Of a DNA stretch of 64,000 nucleotides, positions 47,692 to 56,641 are shown one piece after another. The stretch spans positions 8,077 through 72,076 of IMG/VR virus record IMGVR_UViG_3300030419_002557; one strand, 5' to 3'. The stretch is from a virus. The notes under the pieces are model-generated. The model did not search any database. It saw nothing but the letters and a program-made list of their open reading frames with translations, and was not told where the DNA came from. Both the position numbers and the translations under genes were made by a program. Positions within the stretch are counted from its first letter, which is position 1. The number at the start of each line of letters is the position of its first letter.

Positions 47692-47701
47692 TAGGCAAAT
47701 C

Positions 47702-49981
47702 ATGGCTGAAAATGACATCCTTACTCCCAAAGTCATGCGTGCTCATCTTGATGCACACGACAAGACAACAAGAAACCAGGCGAAGGATTGGCGTCTCTAC
47801 AAAGAGACCTATCTAACTCGGTTTTGGGAGACCTATCAGGCAGGAAATGTCCGCACAATGCAGGACCTTCCAAGCCAGATTCAGATTGAAGTTAACCGGC
47901 TATACGGAATCATTGAAGCGTATGTCGCAGCCTTATACCCAAAGGCTGCCCGCGTTGTTGTGGGGCCTGGTCCTACGTTAGGTGGCGATGCAACCAAAGT
48001 CGAGATGGTTGCCAACAAGTGGCTCACTCAAAACAGGACACACCTTCGGGTGCTTAAAGCTATCCGACAGGGTCTGTTGTACCCAGGTTCGGGCATTAAA
48101 GTGGGTGTTGATGACGGCCCTGGTGACGTTTTGGACCGGGTTTGGTTCCGGGTAATCCCATATTGGGAGATGATTCTGGACTCAGATGTCTATGACGAAG
48201 ACGACTCTAGGTTTATTGGTCACGTTTACTACCGGCCACTGCGAGAAGTCGAGGATCAATACGGCGTCAGTGGTCTTGTTGGCCAGCCCAGAGAGGATTT
48301 TCTGGACGGAAACGCTGGCGCGGTGACCAGAAATAACCGTCGTGGCTCTAAAAAAGGCAACAAAGGTGGGGAATACGACCCAGATGATGACCTTTTTGTG
48401 CGGGTTATGGAGGTCTGTAATCTGATTGACACCTATCAATCAGAAGAAGGAGCGATGCGCGGCAAGTTTGAAGTCTTTCTTCTTGATCAGGGAGAAGAAT
48501 ACGAGGAGCCTATTTTTTCAGGGCCGATGCCGTACTCTACCCGTGCAGGCGATCCCCTTCCTCACATCGTTCCGTTGATTTTTAATCAAGAACCTGAGTT
48601 CCCTTTAAGGGGAATTAGCCACGCATCTCGATTGTTTCCGCAGATTCAAGAGATAAACGTGTTCCGTTCCTTCCGAGCTAACGCCGCGCGTCGAGATTCT
48701 CGACAGTATTTGGCGCTAGATGGTGTGCTGACAGCCGACCAAATGAGCCTTATTACCGCTGGTGTGGACGGACTTGTGATTCCTGTAGAGGATGCAAGGA
48801 TGCAGGGTCGTGATTTGAACGGTGTGGTTGTTCCTATTCAGAACGCGCAAGTATCTCCAAACATCATGAACTATGAAATGCAGGCGGAGGCCGATCTTGA
48901 GCGTGCTGCTGGCACAAGCCCCAATGCATATGGCGGGGTTACCCAGGCAACGGCAACAGAAGTCATGAATCTTCGCGACTATACGGAGTCAGAGTACGGT
49001 CGACACGCGATGATCAAGGACAACTGGGTTGCACAGGTGGTTCAGGTATTCCTGCGAGCAATCGTAGCTTCTATGGAAGCGCCGCTTCGAGACTTCGGAA
49101 TGGAGTACAAGCGCGAAATTGTTGGCGTTGATGACGTTGAGCAGAAGGAAGACCAGACCGAAGACGCCATCGAGGAAGCCGAGGACCAGATCGAAGAGGT
49201 CGAGGAAGAGGTTCAAGAGATTGCAGAAGAGGCTGCGGAAGAAGCCGAGGAAGGGGAGGCTGTAGTTGTTCAGGCTACCGCTGAGATTGATGTTGAAATG
49301 CCTCCCGAGCCTGACGTTATTCGCATTAAGTCTGGACCAGACATCATTGAGATTACGGTTGAAGACCTTGAGGGTGATTTCCAGATTGAAGTTGTCGACT
49401 CGCGTCGAACCCCGTTTTCGGACCAGGCTGTTCGTGACGCTGTGCTGCAACTAATGCAGCCACTTCAGCAGCTTTGGAGCCTCGTTCAAAAGGGCGGCCC
49501 TGAAGCCGTGCTTGCCAAGGCGCAAATGGAAGCCTTGGTTGAAAAGTTTGATTTGCCACAAGACATGCACCCTGATGCTTTGGAAGTTGCGCTAGAGGAA
49601 ATGACAGCGGAACAAGCAAAGAAAGAAGCAGAGATGGGCGGTCAAGCTCCACCGCAAGGACAACCACCGGGACCGCCGCAAGGACAACCACCGGGACCGC
49701 CGCCACCGGGTCCTCCTCCACAAGGACCGCCTCCCCCACCGCAGGCAGCCCCGCCACAAGGCCCTCCGCCCCCTCCACAGGGCGGGGGGCTACCCCCTGA
49801 AGTGGTTCAGCAACTGATGGCTATGCCGCCAGCGCAGGCTATTGAGCAGTTGGCTCAGATTTTAGAGCAAGCTGGGGCACCACCAGAAATTTTGCAGCAG
49901 CTTGAGCAAGCGCTCCAACTGCCAGAAAACGAGCAGCGCCAGTTTCTACTGGGGATTCTTGAACAGCTTGGGGGACAGTAA
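47702..49981 (+). CDS. Portal protein
   Basis: 759 aa; EVNRLYGIIEAYVAALYPKA, ATATEV, DLEGDFQIEV; Pro/Gln/Gly-rich tail as in P22-like portals; position. Confidence 0.8.
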   Translation: MAENDILTPKVMRAHLDAHDKTTRNQAKDWRLYKETYLTRFWETYQAGNVRTMQDLPSQIQIEVNRLYGIIEAYVAALYPKAARVVVGPGPTLGGDATKVEMVANKWLTQNRTHLRVLKAIRQGLLYPGSGIKVGVDDGPGDVLDRVWFRVIPYWEMILDSDVYDEDDSRFIGHVYYRPLREVEDQYGVSGLVGQPREDFLDGNAGAVTRNNRRGSKKGNKGGEYDPDDDLFVRVMEVCNLIDTYQSEEGAMRGKFEVFLLDQGEEYEEPIFSGPMPYSTRAGDPLPHIVPLIFNQEPEFPLRGISHASRLFPQIQEINVFRSFRANAARRDSRQYLALDGVLTADQMSLITAGVDGLVIPVEDARMQGRDLNGVVVPIQNAQVSPNIMNYEMQAEADLERAAGTSPNAYGGVTQATATEVMNLRDYTESEYGRHAMIKDNWVAQVVQVFLRAIVASMEAPLRDFGMEYKREIVGVDDVEQKEDQTEDAIEEAEDQIEEVEEEVQEIAEEAAEEAEEGEAVVVQATAEIDVEMPPEPDVIRIKSGPDIIEITVEDLEGDFQIEVVDSRRTPFSDQAVRDAVLQLMQPLQQLWSLVQKGGPEAVLAKAQMEALVEKFDLPQDMHPDALEVALEEMTAEQAKKEAEMGGQAPPQGQPPGPPQGQPPGPPPPGPPPQGPPPPPQAAPPQGPPPPPQGGGLPPEVVQQLMAMPPAQAIEQLAQILEQAGAPPEILQQLEQALQLPENEQRQFLLGILEQLGGQ

Positions 49982-50604
49982 TGCCCATTTACAGCTTCGA
50001 TTGCGTTGAATGCCAACACGAGACAGAGATTTTCTGCGGCATTGAGTCTAGGCCGGATGTCATTGAGTGTGAAGAGTGCAGTGCTGATGCAAAGTGGAGA
50101 AGCATTAACTGGCAGCCACCACCTAAAAAGAAGAACCAACATGTCATTTACGGGTCTGGAAAAAGCCCCGATGAATACATGAAGAAAGAAAGGCTAATTC
50201 AGTACAAGTGCGCCAAGTGTAGTCACGGAACCTTCGAATGGTTTAAAGGAAAACCACCAGAGGAAGTCGATTGCGAGTATGAGACTTGTTCTGGAAAAGC
50301 CGCTCGTGTTTACAAAGTAAAGCTCGACATGCACTGGGCTCGTTTTCCGTACTATGACCGTGGTCTTGGGGTCATGCTTACATCGGAGAAGCATCGACGA
50401 GAGGTCTGTCGGCAGCAAGGACTAACCCCAGTAGATGGTGATTGGGACCTTGCAGGCGAGATTGCTAAGAACGAAGCAAAAGTTGAAGAGGAAAAAGAAA
50501 CTTATAGGGATTATTATGACAGGGTTCATAATGATCCTGCGTACAAGGACTTTCGAAAAGCCCAAGATGAAGGTCAAATCGACCAACTACTTCCCCCAGA
50601 TTGA
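49981..50604 (+). CDS. FmdB-like tandem zinc-ribbon protein
   Basis: MPIYSFDCVECQH...CEEC, second YKCAKC...C unit; YYDRGLG...HRREVC. Confidence 0.75.
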   Translation: MPIYSFDCVECQHETEIFCGIESRPDVIECEECSADAKWRSINWQPPPKKKNQHVIYGSGKSPDEYMKKERLIQYKCAKCSHGTFEWFKGKPPEEVDCEYETCSGKAARVYKVKLDMHWARFPYYDRGLGVMLTSEKHRREVCRQQGLTPVDGDWDLAGEIAKNEAKVEEEKETYRDYYDRVHNDPAYKDFRKAQDEGQIDQLLPPD

Positions 50605-50621
50605 TTTGAAGGAGAGAGCAA

Positions 50622-51269
50622 ATGCCTACTGACCCCGTAACTGGAGAACGACTCCCATACCCAGGTGAGCCTGGTGGACCACCAATGGGGCCTCCCCCAG
50701 GAGGTGCTCAAATGGGACCTCCCCCTGGTGGAGATATGGGTCCAAGCGTAGAAGAAATGGAACAACTTCGTGCTCAAGAAGCAGACTTACAAATGCAAGA
50801 GCTTGCGATGGGTGCTCCACCTCCAGATAAACCGTACAAGATTAAGACCATCAAAATGTTTTCGGACCAGATGGATAAGACTCTTGATGCTTTGTCTGGT
50901 ACTGATGTCGAAATCCCTGCATGGGAACCCAACCCAGACGTAGTTGAAAAGGGAGATAGGTGGCCAGACCCGCTTCCTCCAGAGGTTTTTGCGCCAGCGG
51001 TTGCCTTGGTTGAAGCCATTCGCTTCATCGACCCAGAAGGTAACTACGAAAAATATATGTTTGATCCAGATGGCTTGGTTGGTGACAGTGAGTTGAAGGC
51101 TGCTGCTGGAAAACTCAAAATGATGGAGAAGGACAAGCAGCTTGCACAAGATCTCCAGTCGCCCCCAGGTGAAGAGGCCATGGTAGAGGGTGAAGAACCC
51201 CCACCAATGCCGGAGGGTGAAGAGGAGCCAATGTCGCCTGACGATGAGCTTCTTTCGGAAAACATGTAG
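50622..51269 (+). CDS. Pro/Glu-rich head-cluster protein
   Basis: 215 aa, AAGGAG RBS. Confidence 0.6.
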   Translation: MPTDPVTGERLPYPGEPGGPPMGPPPGGAQMGPPPGGDMGPSVEEMEQLRAQEADLQMQELAMGAPPPDKPYKIKTIKMFSDQMDKTLDALSGTDVEIPAWEPNPDVVEKGDRWPDPLPPEVFAPAVALVEAIRFIDPEGNYEKYMFDPDGLVGDSELKAAAGKLKMMEKDKQLAQDLQSPPGEEAMVEGEEPPPMPEGEEEPMSPDDELLSENM

Positions 51270-51278
51270 CTTACACTC

Positions 51279-51307
51279 TTGCTTCACATGCTGTGGAGCT
51301 TTACAAT
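51279..51307 (+). promoter_or_regulatory. Sigma70-like promoter upstream of scaffold/capsid genes
   Basis: TTGCTT-N17-TACAAT, then TGTGCAG/CTGCACA hairpin and AAGGAG RBS. Confidence 0.55.
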
Positions 51308-51348
51308 CGTTCTGTGCAGGGCCCTTGAACTGCACATAAGGAGAAAAA

Positions 51349-52341
51349 ATGGCAGATACGGAACTGAGCAACTCTACCGCTGATGGTGGAGCCGTTGCGT
51401 CTAACGGTGTCTCAGCCCAACCTGTAGCCGATGTGGCTACCAATGATGCAGCCTCGGGCAACATCATCGAGCAGGTTAATGCGGCTGGAACTCGCGATAG
51501 CGCGGCAACATCTGAAAGTGAGTCAGGGACTCGGGGCACCAATAATGCTGACGCTGGTGCTCAACCAGATCGTGCATTCGATCTATTGACATCAGAGTTA
51601 CCGGCTGACGAGACTTTCTCGTTAGATGGTTTCTACAAGGGAATCAAACCGGAGCATCTGGAGAAGTTGGACCCGCTTTCGAAGCAGGTCATCCACAATC
51701 TACGTCGCGACTACCACAATAAACGCCAGCGTGATTCCGCAAAGGCTCGTGAGGCTGAGGCTTCATTTGCTGACAAACTAAACCAGTTGAAGGAGAAAGA
51801 GCGTGCTCTTACTACTCGGCAGGCAGCGTTTGCGAAGCTTATTGAAGACCCCAACCTTAAAGAGGTGTTAGCGAAGCCCGAATCCGAGCTTCCTGATCTT
51901 CTGAGCCCAGAAGGAATCGAGGCACGCATTGAGCGTGCTGCTGCTGAAAAGCTTAGTCAATTGGTCCAGCCAATTGCTGAGCATTCCCAGCAGGAAACGC
52001 GCCGACTAGCTCTCAGCGACTTTACGGAAGCACATCCCGAAATGAAGGATGCAAGCTTTCGTGGAGAGGTTGCCGAGCTTATTCGTCAGCGAAAGGCGTC
52101 AGGTTTCGACATTAGTACACCGGACGCCTATGAGCTTGTCAGAGGCCAGCGTGAAGTAGAGGCGCGTAAGCGCCACGAAGCGCGGCAGCGGCAAGTTCGA
52201 GCGGCTAGTGCGCGACAGATTGGGAAGTCCAAAGCGAATGCGGCAAAGTCTTCAGGTCCTCCAAAAGGAGCCAAGGCCCATGAGATATACGCTTGGGTCA
52301 AGGCCAACCCCGAAGAGGCGAAACGTCGCCGTCTTAAATAA
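51349..52341 (+). CDS. Capsid scaffolding protein
   Basis: Disordered N-terminus, coiled coils, LRRDYHNKRQ; directly before MCP. Confidence 0.7.
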   Translation: MADTELSNSTADGGAVASNGVSAQPVADVATNDAASGNIIEQVNAAGTRDSAATSESESGTRGTNNADAGAQPDRAFDLLTSELPADETFSLDGFYKGIKPEHLEKLDPLSKQVIHNLRRDYHNKRQRDSAKAREAEASFADKLNQLKEKERALTTRQAAFAKLIEDPNLKEVLAKPESELPDLLSPEGIEARIERAAAEKLSQLVQPIAEHSQQETRRLALSDFTEAHPEMKDASFRGEVAELIRQRKASGFDISTPDAYELVRGQREVEARKRHEARQRQVRAASARQIGKSKANAAKSSGPPKGAKAHEIYAWVKANPEEAKRRRLK

Positions 52342-52360
52342 CTAAGCCCCGAGGATTAAA

Positions 52361-53413
52361 ATGGCTGTTACCCAGGCCACTGGCCTAAATATCACCGACG
52401 AGCTTCTCTCGTCGACCTTGTATTTGCTCGCGGAAGACTTCCGTGACAACCTTGCCCGCACCACGGCGTTGATTGACGTTCATGAAGAAGTTCATGGCAA
52501 AGGTCAGCCCAAGGTTGAGGGTGGAACCCGCTACATCGAGCCACTTGGCTTTGGTGAGCACAGTAACGCGACTCGTATGCAGACTGGATACGAGAAGCTT
52601 AACTTGACCGTGGCCGATGTTCTTCTGCCAGCGGTGTACACTCCTGCACACACCACGATGCCGATTGCCATCTCTAAGGATGAGGAAATCAAAAACCGTG
52701 GTGAAGCTGCTGTGATTAGCATCCTTGATGCTCGCACTAAGGCTGTGATGGGTGCTATGCGCCGTAACCTCCTCCGCAAGACGGTTGAGGGTGTGGACGC
52801 AGGCGGTTTTGCTGATTGGGCAACGCTCAACGGTATTACCTATGCTACTGGTTACCTTGAGGAGAACGCTATTGGAGCGCAAGCCAACTCTGTTGGTGGT
52901 GTTTCTAAGGCTACCTACTCTGGTATTCCCGGCTGGAACAACCAACGCGCCAACATCAACAACAGCTTCAACGCTAACGGTCTTCAAGCTCTTGTTGACT
53001 TGCGTGTTGAAACTTCTGCTGTGTCCCCTGGTGGCGAGCCTCACATCTGGCTGGCGTCTCGTGCAGGAGCGAAGAACCTCAAGCGTTCTCTCCGTGCATT
53101 CGAGCGCTACGTCGACGAGGCTAAGCTCGACGGTGGCCGTATGGTTCAGATGTGGGACGGTATCCGCATGGAAACCGAATACTACATGCCCACCAACACT
53201 GCTACTCACACTACTGCTACCATCAGCTTCTACTTGTTGAATCTTGATGACATCCACTACGTCTTCGATAGCGAAGGATACTTCGATGTATCTCCGTTCG
53301 AGAAGATCAGCGGTGAGTACGATGTTCGTTCGGCAAATGTTCGTCTCTACGGACAGCTTGTTGCTAAGCACCTCGGTTCGTCAGGCATTGCCTATGACGG
53401 TGAAACCTTCTAA
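52361..53413 (+). CDS. Major capsid protein
   Basis: 350 aa, strong codon bias, LLSSTL...DN, GGTRYIEPL, IAIS..E..KNRGE, YLLN; position. Confidence 0.85.
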   Translation: MAVTQATGLNITDELLSSTLYLLAEDFRDNLARTTALIDVHEEVHGKGQPKVEGGTRYIEPLGFGEHSNATRMQTGYEKLNLTVADVLLPAVYTPAHTTMPIAISKDEEIKNRGEAAVISILDARTKAVMGAMRRNLLRKTVEGVDAGGFADWATLNGITYATGYLEENAIGAQANSVGGVSKATYSGIPGWNNQRANINNSFNANGLQALVDLRVETSAVSPGGEPHIWLASRAGAKNLKRSLRAFERYVDEAKLDGGRMVQMWDGIRMETEYYMPTNTATHTTATISFYLLNLDDIHYVFDSEGYFDVSPFEKISGEYDVRSANVRLYGQLVAKHLGSSGIAYDGETF

Positions 53414-53437
53414 TCATAGTCTTTAAGGAGATTTAAA

Positions 53438-53890
53438 ATGGCTGTATTGAAGCGAGATGGCGGCAACGGCGTCATTGCATACCCAAAGAAGATCTATACT
53501 GCGCTTGCTAATGGCACTATTGCTGTTGGTGACGTGGTAAAGGTTGAAACCGACGTAAGTCAAACCCCTGACCCCGACACCTACGGTGCGGCTGGTTTCA
53601 TTGTTGCACCCACCGCAGAGTCGAACTCGGCTTTGGCTGTTGGTGTTGCAACAACCGCTGCTGCTGATGGTGAAGAGGTCCAGGTCCAGGTTTCTGGATT
53701 CAACGATGCTTGCACCTCTGCTGAGGCTATTGCAATCGGTGAAATGGTTGGCGGCTCTGCCAACGGTGACGTGCGTCAGTGGGACACTGAGAGTGCAACA
53801 GCACAACCCTTCGCGGTATGTGTGAATGCATTCGCAGGCACCACTAACGACGGCGCGATTCTTATTATCGATAAGGGTTGGCTGGGCTAA
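53438..53890 (+). CDS. Capsid cement/decoration protein
   Basis: IAVGDVV, AVGVA..AAADGEEVQVQVSG; follows MCP, precedes terminator. Confidence 0.75.
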   Translation: MAVLKRDGGNGVIAYPKKIYTALANGTIAVGDVVKVETDVSQTPDPDTYGAAGFIVAPTAESNSALAVGVATTAAADGEEVQVQVSGFNDACTSAEAIAIGEMVGGSANGDVRQWDTESATAQPFAVCVNAFAGTTNDGAILIIDKGWLG

Positions 53891-53912
53891 TCGTCCACCT
53901 TTGTGTGACTTT

Positions 53913-53952
53913 AAGGCCCCTCGGGAGATATACTCTCGGGGGGCTTTCTTTT
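53913..53952 (+). terminator. Intrinsic terminator after capsid genes
   Basis: GGCCCCTCGGGAG-atata-CTCTCGGGGGGCT followed by TTCTTTT. Confidence 0.85.
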
Positions 53953-53962
53953 AGGAAGGAAC

Positions 53963-55252
53963 ATGATTCTCAAAGATATTATCGAAGAAGTGAATGGTCT
54001 TCTCGACCACAACCCAAATGTTAGTACGCATGAGACTCATGTGGTGCGACTTGTCAACAGACACTACGAGGAGCTTTGCAGCGCCCATCCGTGGCGATTC
54101 TTGCAAGAACGCGCTGAGCAACAGCTTTACGCCGACATCGACGGTGCGGCAGGAACAACCCTTACTTTGGCGAACAACAGCAAGCTTGTGACCGCAGCGG
54201 CAGGAGCCTGGCTGCACACGGGTATGGAAGGCGCTGTAATCGAAGACACCACTAATAGTGTTGAATACCGGATTGATTCTGTCGCAAATACTACTACGGC
54301 TTATTTAGCAGAAGCAACAGGCGCTTCTGGCGCTTTGAGTGCAACGACAGCCTTTAAGGTAAAGTGGGACAAGATTAAACTGCCAAGAGATATGGTTGAT
54401 TTTCTCGGCATTACCATTCGCGATGAAATCTTTGGACAAGCAGCAAACGCTCGCGACCGTCGACTGGTGTACGTTGATTCACGCACAGAAGAAGACTTGT
54501 TGCTTGAGCACACATCTTCCGGTGACACCATCATCATTACAGATGACGATGCAGATCGGACGCTCAACAACGACCTTACGATTACAGCTACGGTTACCGT
54601 GGGTGGGTCGCTGACTTACAGCACAAAGTACGAATACTGTGCAACTATTGAAAGAGAAGGTATTGAATCTGCTCCAAGCCCTGTTGTAAGCGGCACGATT
54701 GCTGCTTCAGGGTCTGAGCGGACCATTACTATTGCTGGGCTTCCAGCGGTCAGCGGTACTGATGTGTATCGAAAACGGATTTACCGCAGGAACGCGACAG
54801 CAAATACGGGCTGGTATCAAGTCTACGAGATCGTGCCCGCTACGTCACCTTCTACATTTTTTAATGATGACGGGTCCTTTCCATTAGACTACGACCGCCC
54901 TCTTTACTACGAGGGCCCTCGCGACACTATGCGTCTGTACAAACGCCCAGATGCTGACATTAAGTGCGAGATTCGGTATATGCGCCGCCCTTCAAGGCTT
55001 GTTGGATACAATGACGAGCCCCAGATTCCGCCACAATATCATGTGATTCTTGTCTACAAGACAGTCGCAGACCTTTATCTGCAATACGGACAAGGGTCTA
55101 TTTCCAACATCTACGAGGTCAAGGCTCAACAACGAATCGAGCAAATGAAGAAGCGTTACTTAGACCGTACTGATAGACTCTATCGTAAGGGACAATTTCA
55201 AGAAATGCCGAGTGGTTATGCATACCTGTACGGCGATCCGGTGAAAACCTAA
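53963..55252 (+). CDS. Head-tail adaptor protein with inserted beta domains
   Basis: LVNRHYEELCSAHPWRFL; EIRY...LV...EPQIPPQYHVILVY. Confidence 0.7.
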   Translation: MILKDIIEEVNGLLDHNPNVSTHETHVVRLVNRHYEELCSAHPWRFLQERAEQQLYADIDGAAGTTLTLANNSKLVTAAAGAWLHTGMEGAVIEDTTNSVEYRIDSVANTTTAYLAEATGASGALSATTAFKVKWDKIKLPRDMVDFLGITIRDEIFGQAANARDRRLVYVDSRTEEDLLLEHTSSGDTIIITDDDADRTLNNDLTITATVTVGGSLTYSTKYEYCATIEREGIESAPSPVVSGTIAASGSERTITIAGLPAVSGTDVYRKRIYRRNATANTGWYQVYEIVPATSPSTFFNDDGSFPLDYDRPLYYEGPRDTMRLYKRPDADIKCEIRYMRRPSRLVGYNDEPQIPPQYHVILVYKTVADLYLQYGQGSISNIYEVKAQQRIEQMKKRYLDRTDRLYRKGQFQEMPSGYAYLYGDPVKT

Positions 55253-55524
55253 TGGGAAAATTTTACGAAATTCAAATGAGGCGGTTTGGTCTTCTTGGTT
55301 CTAAGGCCAAACCAGAGGAGCCAAAGGCTTTTGAAGAACGCCCAGCCGAGCCTTCTGAACAAGAAAAGCTGATGGCTCAGGAACGTCGACGCAGAGAAAA
55401 GTTCAAAGAGGTTTTTGGAGACATTGGTTCCCAGCAAGTCTCTACAACACCACCTCCACAAACTGTGGAGTCAATAGAAACAGACGACGACGTTTTGCTT
55501 GGCGGTCTTAGGGGGCATTTGTAA
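55252..55524 (+). CDS. Hypothetical protein
   Basis: 90 aa, TAATG coupling on both sides. Confidence 0.55.
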   Translation: MGKFYEIQMRRFGLLGSKAKPEEPKAFEERPAEPSEQEKLMAQERRRREKFKEVFGDIGSQQVSTTPPPQTVESIETDDDVLLGGLRGHL

Positions 55525-55952
55525 TGGCCAGAAAACCAATGACAAACATCCCAGTGCAAACCGCCAACCAGTCAGGCGCTAAAGCCTTTCAAGCTGCATC
55601 AAAGAGCAGCGGCGACTTGCCAGGAAACTCCTTTATGAACCGAAGTGGTGGAAAGTCACGATTCCCTGGTAGAAAGTCTGTTGGTGTAGAGCCAACCCAG
55701 AAGTCTACTCAGGCCCCTGAGCTTTCTCAAAGAATCAACGCTCCACGGTTAAGCCAAGCCAGGGTTGAAGGCTATCGAAACCGGATTCAGACTTTGGCTC
55801 AACAAGCAGATGAAGAGCAAATCTTGCAGGAATACGGAAAGATTTTAGAAGAGGCTCGTGGTCATCAAGACTCATTCGCATTCGAAACAATGCAAAATGA
55901 CATGGAAAAGTTCAAAGCGGATTCGTCAGAACTCCAAAGAGGGATGTTCTAA
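55524..55952 (+). CDS. Hypothetical protein
   Basis: 142 aa, coupled. Confidence 0.55.
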   Translation: MARKPMTNIPVQTANQSGAKAFQAASKSSGDLPGNSFMNRSGGKSRFPGRKSVGVEPTQKSTQAPELSQRINAPRLSQARVEGYRNRIQTLAQQADEEQILQEYGKILEEARGHQDSFAFETMQNDMEKFKADSSELQRGMF

Positions 55953-55954
55953 TA

Positions 55955-56638
55955 ATGCCGGGGACTAAATCTTATGAACAGAGAATGGATGAGTGGTGGC
56001 AGAAGCACTACGCTGATGTGTACATCAATGAAGAGCAGCAGGCCCCTGAGCTTTCCGACGAGGACGATGACGTTGTTCCAGTAATCGACGAACCGCTTCA
56101 GCCGTTTGTGACTTTTGGTCATGGCTCCGAAACATTAGCTCAGATTGCACCGCCTTTCGATGACCCGGAAGTTCTGCGTCGAGGTAATCACTCTTACCAG
56201 GGCGCTTTAAATGCGTGGGAAAAGTACAGCGAAAAGTTCATAGAATATGGGAACGAATACAATGTAGATCCGCTTATTCTGGCTGCGATAGCGGGCCATG
56301 AGTCTGGTGGGCAGGCTGATGCCGTTGGCAAGACAGAAGATCTTGGGCTCATGCAGTTTACAGTGAGAACTTGGAGAAGGATTATGCCCGGCAGGCCCTT
56401 AGAAGAAAGGCTTGATCCGAATCTGTCTATCGAAGCAGCGGCCAAACTGTTCGACAGTGATCGCTCTATTCTTAAGAACGAAGACCTTGCGCTGCTTGCG
56501 TACAACATTGGGCACGCCAGGGTGACATCGGTGATTCAAGGAGAATCGGATTTTCCGGGCCGCTCTCGTTTTTATTGGCCAACAGTCACTCTGACGCATG
56601 AGCGTCTTACCCAAACATTGGGTCAGCAACAGGAGTAG
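55955..56638 (+). CDS. Lytic transglycosylase (SLT domain)
   Basis: VDPLILAAIAGHESGG, GLMQF, DPNLSIEAAA, ALLAYNIG. Confidence 0.92.
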   Translation: MPGTKSYEQRMDEWWQKHYADVYINEEQQAPELSDEDDDVVPVIDEPLQPFVTFGHGSETLAQIAPPFDDPEVLRRGNHSYQGALNAWEKYSEKFIEYGNEYNVDPLILAAIAGHESGGQADAVGKTEDLGLMQFTVRTWRRIMPGRPLEERLDPNLSIEAAAKLFDSDRSILKNEDLALLAYNIGHARVTSVIQGESDFPGRSRFYWPTVTLTHERLTQTLGQQQE

Positions 56639-56641
56639 GAC

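Noticed and set aside
49640-49800. Tandem repeats at the portal 3' end
   Set aside because: Encode a PPQG low-complexity tail common in P22-like portals; not a CRISPR or DNA-level element
52385-53371. 328-aa antisense ORF over the capsid gene
   Set aside because: Expected shadow of strong codon bias; no RBS or recognisable motifs
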